Positions 19,998-28,894 of a DNA stretch of 64,000 bases are shown piece by piece. Origin of the DNA: Thermoplasmata archaeon. Lineage in GTDB: Archaea; Thermoplasmatota; Thermoplasmata; Lutacidiplasmatales; UBA184. The notes below the pieces were generated by a model. That model was not told the origin of the DNA and made no database searches. It saw only the letters and a program-made list of their open reading frames with translations. The DNA is taken from contig JBKQPJ010000019.1 of assembly GCA_052326305.1 (NCBI GenBank), positions 15,517 to 79,516 of the forward strand, given 5' to 3'. Position 1 is the stretch's first letter. Each line of letters starts with the position of its first letter. The translations under genes and the position numbers were made by a program.

Positions 19998-20215
19998 CCC
20001 GGCCCGGCGCCCGCCGAGGGCCGCCGTGGTTTCGGCGAATCCCCGAGGAGGCTCCGCCGATCCAGTGGCGTGATCGGGGGTCGATCTGGGCCATCCGAGC
20101 CGTCGTCCAGCACCCCGGGGTCCGTCGACCCCGAGCGAGCTCGCGGCCTCGATCAATGCTCTGACGATATGACCCGGGTTCCGCCCGGGGCCGGACCCTG
20201 CCGCGCCGCCCCTTT

Positions 20216-20485
20216 CTACTGGGACCAGCGTTCCGCGAACCGCATCCCGAACGACACCCAGGCTCCGGCGAGGATCGCGAAGAGTATCAGCAGCGAAACG
20301 ATGACGACGACGATGCTCTGGAAGATGCTGAAGCCGTGCGCCCAGAACGCCACATAGAGCAGTGTAAAGCAGATCCATCCGACGGACGCGGCGATCGACA
20401 CCAGGATCCGGCGCCGTACGCTTCCAATGAGATCGGACGCCGGCGAGCGAGACCAAGACGTTCCGGGAGAAGGATTCTCTGACAT
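20216..20485 (-). CDS. Small 2-TM membrane protein
   Basis: 89 aa with two hydrophobic helices. CTTAAG TATA-like element about 25 nt upstream. Confidence 0.7.
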   Translation of the reverse strand: MSENPSPGTSWSRSPASDLIGSVRRRILVSIAASVGWICFTLLYVAFWAHGFSIFQSIVVVIVSLLILFAILAGAWVSFGMRFAERWSQ

Positions 20486-20728
20486 CGGAGGGGAACTCCG
20501 ATTCCGGCTTAAGAACGTAGCTCACTCGAGGTGCCCACCCGGGAGGAGCGTGGATCGGGGCTCGGGGGGGCAACGGAGCCAGGCCCGCCGGGACGGATCG
20601 TCGGATCCGGTGGGTCACCGAGGATCGTGCGACGTGGGGTCGTCGAGGCGCTCGAGGGGGAGGGCTCGCCCGCGGCGAGGTCCTCGGCCGACGCAGGGAT
20701 CCCGCACACCGGTCGGGGACGGGCGTGC

Positions 20729-20944
20729 CTACAGGTCCCTCAGGATGCGGTCGATCTCCCGGGACGCAGCGTCCAGCTCCTTCGCTACCCGGCGGGAGAC
20801 TCGGGCCGCCGAGTGCGGTGGGTCCTTCGCCGCAGCTTCCGCCTTCGTCAGAAGGCGTTTCGTCAGCCGGGTCGCCGCCCGGGCGAGATCCTTGGCTGCG
20901 CGCTTGGTCTCGCCGAGGGCCTTCTCCAACTCGTCATCGGACAT
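20729..20944 (-). CDS. Small helical / coiled-coil hypothetical protein
   Basis: 71 aa, amphipathic A/K/E/R-rich, GC3-rich codons, CTATAG upstream. Confidence 0.65.
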   Translation of the reverse strand: MSDDELEKALGETKRAAKDLARAATRLTKRLLTKAEAAAKDPPHSAARVSRRVAKELDAASREIDRILRDL

Positions 20945-21231
20945 GGGTCGATGGACGTGGGACCCCGGGCCGGTCTATAGGGACTGCGGGGACCGGAACT
21001 CGCCCGCGAAAGTCCGGCCGAGCGCGTTCTCCGGGCATGTCGGCCGAGGGGCCCCGAGAAGCCCGTCGGACGCTGGTAGGGGCCCAACGGCTGAGCGCAT
21101 TGCGCAGGGATCTCGGAACGGAGGGCCGGCCAGGTCCATCCGTCGGCGGTCCTCCGAGAAGCCGCTAGGTCTCCTTCTTTGGGTCGTCGGAGCGCCTAAA
21201 GGGCCGCGCGTTCTCCCCACCCAGCGAACCG

Positions 21232-22008
21232 ATGCCGACGGCAATCCCCCGACTTGGCCGAAAGCAGAAACGGCTCTACGTCCGCGTGGCGATCTACGCG
21301 GAGCCCCTCGCCCAGGAGATCCCCGGGCGGAAGACCCGGGAGAAGCAGGCCGAGGCGCTGGAGGCCGCCGGGCGCCTGGTCGCCGGAGGGGAGCTCACCG
21401 GACCACGGGGCGATCTACTGATCTTCCGGGCGGAGGACCGGGGCAAGGCCGAGTTCCTGCTCCGGGCGGATCCTCTGCGCAAGGTCACCGACGTGCAGTA
21501 TCTGGTCCTGGACTGGCGGCCCGACAAGGTCGGTTCCGGGGTCAACATCGAACCCCCTCCCTCGCGAGGTTCGGGACGCATCACCCAACTCCACAGCGTG
21601 GCGGTCGTGGTCCGAGACCGGGCGAAGGCGATCGAATGGTACCGTGACGTCCTCGGGTTCCTGGTCCTCGAGGACGACCCCGAAAGCGGGTTCGTACAAC
21701 TGGGTCTGGGGAAGGGATCGACGGCCCTCTCGCTGGTCACCCCCCGACCGGAATGGGGCGAACCGTTGTACTCGGAGACCGCGCGTCGTGCGGGCGGCGC
21801 CACGGGGATCACCTTCCGTACCGACAGCGTGCGCGCCCTCGAACTCCGTCTCGAACACGCCGGCGCGCACGTCACCCAGACCTCCTCGCACGAACCGTGG
21901 GGCCGGAACGTGCTCCGGTTCACCGATCCCGACGGCAACGAGTTCCTGGCGTTCGAGCTCGCCCCGTCGGCGTCCGCTCCGGGTGACGTCCCCGACCCGA
22001 CCGGATAG
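21232..22008 (+). CDS. VOC/glyoxalase family protein with N-terminal YciI-like domain
   Basis: N-terminal GRLVAGGELTGPRGDLLIFRAED...DP. C-terminal LHSVAVVVRD...WYRDVLG...EPWG...FTDPDGNE. Confidence 0.82.
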   Translation: MPTAIPRLGRKQKRLYVRVAIYAEPLAQEIPGRKTREKQAEALEAAGRLVAGGELTGPRGDLLIFRAEDRGKAEFLLRADPLRKVTDVQYLVLDWRPDKVGSGVNIEPPPSRGSGRITQLHSVAVVVRDRAKAIEWYRDVLGFLVLEDDPESGFVQLGLGKGSTALSLVTPRPEWGEPLYSETARRAGGATGITFRTDSVRALELRLEHAGAHVTQTSSHEPWGRNVLRFTDPDGNEFLAFELAPSASAPGDVPDPTG

Positions 22009-22124
22009 GGCGGCACCGAGAGGACTTTCGCTCCCCCCGCGATCGAGTTCCGAACGATCCGCCGTCGCGACCTTCCACGGTTCCGGAACGGGCAGCGCGT
22101 CTCGCGCGCCCCACGTCGTTCGTG

Positions 22125-22610
22125 CTAGGAGATGTGCGAGAGTATCTCGCCGACCACGTCCTCGACGGCCCGGGTCGCGTCCACGCCGATGCCGTAATCG
22201 AACTCGGTCGATTTCGCGTAGACATCTCGGGCCGCCTTCTTCCCGTGGGGGGGAGATCGTTGGCTGTCGCGCTCGATGCACACTCGCAGCGGCGCTTTCA
22301 AGGTGAAGACGTAGTGGCGATAATCGAGCTGGATGATCAGACTCTCGATCTGGGACTTCCAGTAGAAGTTCCCATCGAAGACCACCGGCGTGCCCCTCTC
22401 GAGAAAGCCCCGCGCCTGATCGACCGCGATCGCCGTGGCCCGCAGGAAGCTCTTTTGCGAGATGTAGCCGCCTTCCCACTCTTCGAGGCCCCGCTCGTCG
22501 AGGATCCGATCGATGGGGACGTGTTCGGCCCCGAGCTCTCGGGCCAAGCGAGCGCTGACCGTGGACTTCCCGACCCCCAACGGCCCTCGGACGACGACGT
22601 AGAAGACCAT
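22125..22610 (-). CDS. P-loop kinase (AAA_33-like)
   Basis: RGPLGVGKST, VVFDGNF and LKAPLRVCIERD. Confidence 0.85.
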   Translation of the reverse strand: MVFYVVVRGPLGVGKSTVSARLARELGAEHVPIDRILDERGLEEWEGGYISQKSFLRATAIAVDQARGFLERGTPVVFDGNFYWKSQIESLIIQLDYRHYVFTLKAPLRVCIERDSQRSPPHGKKAARDVYAKSTEFDYGIGVDATRAVEDVVGEILSHIS

Positions 22611-22859
22611 GGCGCGGCCCGCTCGCGGACAGCGATCGTTGAGCGGGGAATAACCTCGCCGCTCGGATCCGGGGATCGCCGGATCGGGGCCGGCCCGCCT
22701 TCGGGGGCGGATCCAGGTTGGTCGTCCCGGAACCCCAGAGGAGCGCGCACCGGAACGGCGCCTCGCGGTACGTCCGGTTCAGAGGACAGAGCGTTCCGGC
22801 CGACGCTCTCAGCCCCCGATGGAAAGGCTCCAATAGAACCCGCGTCCTGGAATCCCGAT

Positions 22860-23312
22860 ATGGCGCCGAGCTCGCGGGAGCCGACGTCCGGCGTCGATCC
22901 TACGGCCGCCATCGTCCGTAGGGATTGGTCCGAGTGGCTGCCCTATCTGGACCAGAAAGGCCTGTTCCCACGGAGCAACCCTCCTACCGGGGGCTTCCCG
23001 TACGAACCGCGCGGGAGCGCCCGTCCGGCGGTCTACGAGCTCGCTCGAGAGAAGGGGAGCCGTGGCGATCGGGAGGTCCTGTACGTGGGCAAGACGACCG
23101 GCCGCTCTCAGGGGATCCGGACCCGACTGCTGGACCACTACACGATCGACGACCCGCTCTACGACCGGATCGTCGAGGCGCTCCTGAACCACTTCGTGTT
23201 CGTCGCCCGATTCATCCAGCTCCGGCTCGACGAGGTCCCGGAGGCCGTTCGTCTCGAGGGGGAACTTCGGGACCGCCTACAGGCATCCCGGTACCCCTGG
23301 AACCTTCGGTAG
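22860..23312 (+). CDS. Stand-alone GIY-YIG nuclease-like protein
   Basis: PAVYEL...LYVGKT...IRTRLLDHY...LEGEL...YPWN follows the GIY-YIG Y/Y/R/H/E/N layout. 150 aa from ATG 22860. Confidence 0.7.
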   Translation: MAPSSREPTSGVDPTAAIVRRDWSEWLPYLDQKGLFPRSNPPTGGFPYEPRGSARPAVYELAREKGSRGDREVLYVGKTTGRSQGIRTRLLDHYTIDDPLYDRIVEALLNHFVFVARFIQLRLDEVPEAVRLEGELRDRLQASRYPWNLR

Positions 23313-23414
23313 AGTGCCGGACGCGCCTGGCCGGCGGGCGACCGGGACCCGACAATCTTCCCTGTCGGGAGTGCGGCCCGCCTCCCCAGTCGCCTGGAGC
23401 GGGTGGGGAAGCAG

Positions 23415-23553
23415 CGGTCGGAGGCCCGCCTCCGGGGCCTCGCGCCATCGCCGGGAGAACACGGGACTTCCCGTGACGCTTCGAGATTCGCCGTTTCCGT
23501 CAAGACTTCGCGTCGATCGCCCCCACGAGCATTGGGACGCTGGCCTCCGACCG
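23415..23553. repeat. 139-nt element bounded by a perfect 12-bp inverted repeat
   Basis: CGGTCGGAGGCC (23415-23426) and GGCCTCCGACCG (23542-23553), with an internal hairpin CACGGGA-CT-TCCCGTG. Confidence 0.45.
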
Positions 23554-23719
23554 GTCCGGAGAACTCGTCCTATCTCGACCTCGGCCCCTTCTGCGTTGAC
23601 CCGTGGGGTGCGGGGGTGGCCGAGATCGCCGTGCTCCGCGGGCCGTGGCGACCCCGTAGCCAGGGTATTCAGGAACCTCGTCCCTGGGCGGTACGAATGA
23701 GGAGGCACCGGATCGGACC

Positions 23720-24283
23720 ATGAGCGAAATGAATCCGATCAGTCGATTCTTCGTCAACTTCGGGAATGCGCGAAGGTCGGCTCGTGTCCTCCGAGCACTG
23801 GAGCGCGGGTTCCGTCCCCCGCCCACCGGTCGGATCCTCGAGCTCGGGGCCGGCCGAGGCGGTTTGTCGGCTCTGCTTCAGGAACGGTATCGCCCCGGCC
23901 GGCTGGTCGTCACGGACTTCGATCCGCACCAGGTCGAGGCGGCCCGCGCGTTCCTCACCCAACGATTCCGGTCCCTCCCGTCGACGATCGAACTGCGTCA
24001 GGTCGACGCGAAGGCGCTGCCGTTCGAGGACCGCTCCTTCGATTGCGTGTTCGCGATCCTGATGCTCCACCACGTGGAGAAGCATCATTCGGAGTACCGC
24101 GAGCGCCCCGTCGCGCTGCGGGAGATACGGCGCGTACTGGCTCCCGGGGGCAGCCTGGTGTACTCGGACTTCTCCCACATGGAGGATCTGCGTCGGACGC
24201 TCGAGGAGCTCGGGTTCGCCCGCACGTTCGAGAAGCGGCAGTGGCCCCGGCGTGAGCTGGCGGTCGTCCGCGCGCCCTCATAG
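23720..24283 (+). CDS. Class I SAM-dependent methyltransferase
   Basis: ILELGAGRG, VTDFD, LPFEDRSFD, LHHV and RVLAPGG. GAGGAGG SD upstream. Confidence 0.92.
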   Translation: MSEMNPISRFFVNFGNARRSARVLRALERGFRPPPTGRILELGAGRGGLSALLQERYRPGRLVVTDFDPHQVEAARAFLTQRFRSLPSTIELRQVDAKALPFEDRSFDCVFAILMLHHVEKHHSEYRERPVALREIRRVLAPGGSLVYSDFSHMEDLRRTLEELGFARTFEKRQWPRRELAVVRAPS

Positions 24284-24382
24284 GGCCTGCCCGCGCCGGC
24301 CGGGGACCTCGATCCCCACGCCCGGAACCCCGCGGTCGCGCCGGAACTCGCGAAGCACGGGCGGCGAGCTCGAAACCGGGGA

Positions 24383-24410
24383 TTTATATACCTATTTATA
24401 TACTATATAA
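24383..24410 (+). promoter_or_regulatory. Triple TATA array upstream of the second tbp
   Basis: TTTATATA (24383-24390), TTTATATA (24395-24402) and TATATAA (24404-24410). By eye the most AT-rich stretch in the window. Confidence 0.8.
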
Positions 24411-24418
24411 GCCGGGCC

Positions 24419-25063
24419 ATGACGCGAATTCGAATCGAGAACGTGGTCGCCTCGACCTCGCTGGGCGCTGAACTCGACCTGCAGTCGATCGCCCTCGCCC
24501 TCGACGGCGCGGAGTACGAGCCCGACCGATTCCCGGGCCTCATCTATCGATTGAAGAAGCCCAAGGCCGCGATCCTCCTCTTTCACTCCGGCAAGGCCGT
24601 CTGCACGGGCGGGAAGAGCTGGAGGGAGGTGGACACCACGATCCGGACGGTCTCGGAGCTGATTCGGCGGGGGGGCCAGAAGATCCTGATGAACCCGAAG
24701 ATCCAGGTTCAGAACATCGTCGCGACCTCCGACCTTCAGAATGAGATCAACCTGAACTCGGTGGCGATCACCCTCGGTCTCGAGCGGGTGGAGTACGAGC
24801 CCGAGCAGTTCCCCGGACTGGTCTGCCGCATCAAGGAACCGCGCGTCGTCGTGCTCCTGTTCGGTAGCGGAAGGCTCGTCTGCACCGGAGCCCGGCGGCC
24901 TTCGGACGTCCTGCTCGCCGTCCAGAGGATCACCGAAGAACTGCAGGCCTCGGGGCTCCTGCGTCGGGAGCGGAGCCGGTCGACGCCGCCGGGATCCTCT
25001 CGCAGTTCACGGCCCTCTACCCGGGTCCCCCCGGGGGCCACCCCGGCCCCGCTCGCCGCGTAA
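24419..25063 (+). CDS. tbp: TATA-box-binding protein (paralog 2) with low-complexity C-terminal tail
   Basis: Same two-repeat TBP fold. About 41 differences in 182 aa versus paralog 1 (hand count), plus a 32-aa R/S/P tail. Confidence 0.96.
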   Translation: MTRIRIENVVASTSLGAELDLQSIALALDGAEYEPDRFPGLIYRLKKPKAAILLFHSGKAVCTGGKSWREVDTTIRTVSELIRRGGQKILMNPKIQVQNIVATSDLQNEINLNSVAITLGLERVEYEPEQFPGLVCRIKEPRVVVLLFGSGRLVCTGARRPSDVLLAVQRITEELQASGLLRRERSRSTPPGSSRSSRPSTRVPPGATPAPLAA

Positions 25064-25298
25064 TCGTTCGTTGTGCTTCCGCCCGACCCTCGGGGAACGT
25101 TTCGACCGCCCGAGCGGGGCGGCAGGCGGAGTATCGTGAGGTCGAAGCCAAGGCGCCGGCCAAACGGGGCTCCGCGAGTGCGCCCCGACGACCACGGCCG
25201 AGGACCCTCGGCCCCTACCGACCCTTATCTGCCCGCATGTCTCGCTCGGGGGCCGATCATGAAGTGCCGAGTGGAGTCCTTCGGGCCGGAGTGAGATC

Positions 25299-25622
25299 GT
25301 GAAGAAGTTCAAGCAGAGCTATCCCCGCCGGCGCGAGATGCTGGCCACCCCGTTCGAGCCGTTGTCCGACGGCGAGTTCCGGAAACTGGTTTCCGGCGGG
25401 CTGGCGATCCCCGGCCAACAGGGCAGCTCGTTGTTCGTGGCCAAGTGGCGGGATGGACCCGGGGTCGACGCGGAAGAGTTCTTGGTGGCGTTGCGCGCCC
25501 AGGGGTCCCGGCTCGAGGTCCGGAAATTCAAGACGGACGTCAACATACGTGTGGTCCGAAAGGCCGCCTCTCCCCACGGGAGCGGTTCGCCCTCGCGCGC
25601 GTCGCGAAAGGCCTCGAACTGA
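25299..25622 (+). CDS. Hypothetical protein
   Basis: 107 aa with protein-like composition and GC3 bias. GTG start. Confidence 0.55.
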   Translation: MKKFKQSYPRRREMLATPFEPLSDGEFRKLVSGGLAIPGQQGSSLFVAKWRDGPGVDAEEFLVALRAQGSRLEVRKFKTDVNIRVVRKAASPHGSGSPSRASRKASN

Positions 25623-25873
25623 CGGTCGGGCTCCCCCGCTCGCCGGTCCGGCCGCGGTCGGGATCCGATCCCGGCCCGAAACCCACCGGACGCCGGCGTT
25701 CGACCGGGGCGGATCTCCGCCGCGGGACCCCCGATCGTCGTTGTTGGCGCGGCGCCCGGGCGAACGGATCGCTCGACTCCCGATGATCTCGCTCTGCGTT
25801 ACTTGGGTCGGACCGGCGTTTCTCCTAACCCCTCTCAAATAACCCCGTCTTTTCACCCTCCGCGAGCCGATCG

Positions 25874-26356
25874 ATGGAAGGCCGCGGGCCGAGCCCCTCC
25901 GGGGAGCCGGATTCCACGCCGCTGGTCGCGCTCGGTACCGCGGTCCTGGGCGCGATCCTCCTGGGCGTTGGCGGCCTGGCGATCTCGATCGTCAACCGCC
26001 TCCCGCGCCCGATCCTCACTTCCCTCCCGCTCGCCGCGATCGAGCTCTCGGGGATGGGCGCGATCCTGCTCTCGCTCGGGTTCGTGGGCCTGGTGCAGCG
26101 TCTCCGGGGGGTGCTCGGAGACATTTGCCGGATAGTAGGACTCGTGCTGGGGGTGGTGCTCACCGTCGGCATCGCCTTCTGGGAGGTGATCGCGCCCGCT
26201 CCCTCCCCGCTGACGGGCGAGGGGATCACGATCGTCTTCTTTGTCGGCCTCGCGTTCTTTGGCACGGTCCTCTATTCGTTCATGATCCCGGAGCCGGCCT
26301 CGCCCACCGATGGATCCGCTCCGAAGCCGCCCGGGGCGGATCCTCCCCCGGCCTAG
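25874..26356 (+). CDS. 4-TM hypothetical membrane protein
   Basis: Four hydrophobic helices. CAAATAA upstream. Confidence 0.75.
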   Translation: MEGRGPSPSGEPDSTPLVALGTAVLGAILLGVGGLAISIVNRLPRPILTSLPLAAIELSGMGAILLSLGFVGLVQRLRGVLGDICRIVGLVLGVVLTVGIAFWEVIAPAPSPLTGEGITIVFFVGLAFFGTVLYSFMIPEPASPTDGSAPKPPGADPPPA

Positions 26357-26413
26357 CACTCCCCGTCAATCGCGCGACAGAGCCGGGGCCGCCCACGCCC
26401 CCGGGGTTCCGAG

Positions 26414-27424
26414 CTACGCGGGCGCATCGAAGACTCGCGCCGGATTTCGCCACGCGGTGCGAGCGGTCACTTCGCCGGTCGCGGCATCGACCCGCGCCAG
26501 GACTCCAGCAGCCCGCCCCCCGAAGGCCATCTCGAGGGAGTACCAGAACACCTCGAATCCCCCCTCCACGGCCCTCGCCTCGCCGAAGTGGTGCGTCTCC
26601 CCCAGGATCCAACTGGCGCGCCGAGCGGGTTCGTAGCTCCGGACGAGCGCCTCGCCGGGAGTGAGCACCCTCGAGGATGGGGTGGGGGAGGGGACCAGCG
26701 TCACGGCCTCGGGGCTTCCCCGAACCCCACGGAACAGGTGGTACCGAACGTAACGGAAAGAGCGCTCGCCGGTGGATTCCGAGCTACCGTAAAGGACGAA
26801 GGTAAGGGGGTTGGCTTGGGGGATCACGTGCGCGTAGCCCAGTCGCTTCCCGGCCCGGCCCCCCCGCCATCGAGCGACGAGGCGCACCCCGAAGTAGAAC
26901 CCCGTGGCGAGCAGGAGCAGGTAAGTGGTGAGCTCCCAGATCCCGAGCGGGACCCGTCCCCGCTCGTAGAGCATGATCGCGTACGAGAACACCGTGAACG
27001 ACATCGCCCCGAAGTTCATGATCCGGTCGGCGTCGAAGTGGTACTCCTGCTTCGACAGCGGAGCGAAGATGGGCACCGACCAGTGGTCCATCGCATCGAG
27101 CAGCACGTGCGATAGACCGCCGACCTCCATCGCGACGAAGAAGTACGCCCCGGAGCCGCGGCCGAAACCGGGGCCGAACGCCCACGCGAGCGCGTGAGGT
27201 ACGAGGAACGTGCCGACGACGGCGATCCCCGTGACCCCTACGATCGAGTGGGAGATCCCGCGATGGCGGAGCAGGGGGAACCGGGTCGACAAGGGATAGA
27301 ACAGAACGTCCGCATCGGGGAGCGCCCCGGCGAACGCCGAGGCGACAACGTACTGTAGACCCTGGGGACCGAAAAGGCCGAAGCCGAACAGATACGCGAG
27401 TAAGATGTGACTGAACGGGTCCAC
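26414..27424 (-). CDS. Membrane-bound metal-dependent hydrolase (YdjM/YfhP-like)
   Basis: MDPFSH, LPDAD, HRGISHS and SHVLLD. Confidence 0.9.
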   Translation of the reverse strand: MDPFSHILLAYLFGFGLFGPQGLQYVVASAFAGALPDADVLFYPLSTRFPLLRHRGISHSIVGVTGIAVVGTFLVPHALAWAFGPGFGRGSGAYFFVAMEVGGLSHVLLDAMDHWSVPIFAPLSKQEYHFDADRIMNFGAMSFTVFSYAIMLYERGRVPLGIWELTTYLLLLATGFYFGVRLVARWRGGRAGKRLGYAHVIPQANPLTFVLYGSSESTGERSFRYVRYHLFRGVRGSPEAVTLVPSPTPSSRVLTPGEALVRSYEPARRASWILGETHHFGEARAVEGGFEVFWYSLEMAFGGRAAGVLARVDAATGEVTARTAWRNPARVFDAPA

Positions 27425-27671
27425 GAGAGTGCACTTCGGGGTCGGAGGGTACGCGGGGAATCAAGCTTTGCTTCCGTGCGCCCGGGAACGTCCGCTCCGG
27501 GGAACCCGACCGGTCGCGAGGGGCGCACGGTGGCCCGTTGGGTGAGGGCTCCAAGACGGGGGACCTTCCCCGGAGCGGCTCCCGTCCCCGAGGGGAGGGA
27601 GCGCTCGGACACTTTCGTGGAACTTCCCCGACCCGCCGGAACCGAGGGCTCCCTCGCGGGGGGGTTGTACG

Positions 27672-28058
27672 CTACCCCGGGGGAGGCCCCGCGGGAGGGA
27701 CGGATCGCCCTTCTACGGTGATCACCCGTTCGATCGGACGCTTCCAGACCAGGGCGAGAATGCCACCGATCAGGGTGAGGAGGAATCCCAGGATCAAGCC
27801 GCCCAGCGCGAAGGGGACGCTCGCGACGGCCAGACCGATCGCCAGGACTCCCCACACGACGTGGCCCGAGGGGACCGCGAGCATCAGTAGTCCCACGATG
27901 AGGGTGAGGGCGCCCACCAGCAGGCCGATCAGAAAGAACCCACTCACGAGGCCGAAGATCGCGAACACTACGCCGAGAGCCGCGACGAAGAGCCCCCCGA
28001 CGAGGATGAAGAATCCGCCGATGACCGTCAGCACTCCGGCGCCCACGGGTCGCGGCAT
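27672..28058 (-). CDS. Small Gly-rich 4-TM membrane protein (DUF6114-like)
   Basis: GGLILGFLLTLIGGILALVWK pattern. Confidence 0.75.
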   Translation of the reverse strand: MPRPVGAGVLTVIGGFFILVGGLFVAALGVVFAIFGLVSGFFLIGLLVGALTLIVGLLMLAVPSGHVVWGVLAIGLAVASVPFALGGLILGFLLTLIGGILALVWKRPIERVITVEGRSVPPAGPPPG

Positions 28059-28316
28059 TACGACGTCCTACGGCCGCACGGAGAAATGAGTCCTTCCGCG
28101 GCCCGCTCCGTCGGTGCGGAATCCCGGCGCGACCGGACCGGGAAGGCGGGCGCTGAGAACGCACGGTCGACCTGACCCTCGGGGCCGGGGGACGGAGGAT
28201 GGGCGCGTTTACGACGGGAGTCTACGGGCGGGACGCCCAGCCTTTCCGGCCAATCGATGCCGCGGGTTCTACCCGATCGTCAAAGGGTGGGTCGACGCGA
28301 CGCTCGACGAAAGGGT

Positions 28317-28667
28317 TCAGGTCCGCACGAAGTGGGGGACATTCGGGGGAAGTTCGAAGGTGACCTCGAGCAGGCCGGCGAGGTGCCCTCCCTCCTTCCA
28401 GTGACACTGGTAGATCATCTTCCGGACTCCGTTCTTCTCGATCGTATACACGTTGGGCTGGCCGGAGGCCATGACCCGCCGGAGCTTCTCCTGGGCCTCG
28501 GGGGGATGACAGTCTATCATGTTCTTTCCGATGAGCTCCTTGCCTCCGTCCTTGGCATTCACCTCGGCGGCCCGATCGTTCAGGTAGAGGATCGTGTAGT
28601 TCCGGTCGCACACCGTCACGGCACAGGGCAGCTGATCGAACCATCTGAGAGAACCCGCCGCGACCAC
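28317..28667 (-). CDS. Stand-alone PAS-domain protein
   Basis: AVTVCD...ILYLN...LIGKNMIDCHP...NVYTIEKNG. Confidence 0.85.
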   Translation of the reverse strand: MVAAGSLRWFDQLPCAVTVCDRNYTILYLNDRAAEVNAKDGGKELIGKNMIDCHPPEAQEKLRRVMASGQPNVYTIEKNGVRKMIYQCHWKEGGHLAGLLEVTFELPPNVPHFVRT

Positions 28668-28894
28668 CGGTCCGCCTCCGCCGACTCCAGCTCATCGCAT
28701 TTTCTTAAGGGTGCCCCCTCCGCCCGGGGGGGAACTTCCCGCCAGCGATCGGTTCGATCTGCGAGGATGTCCCAGCGGGCCACCGACTTCGCCCGGCGCG
28801 GCCGGGATCGGAAGGGCCGCGGCGCGGTTCCGAGAGCGCTCGACCCCTCGGTCCGGCGCGGAGGACCACTCGCCCGAGGTCGGGGTAGGGGGGA

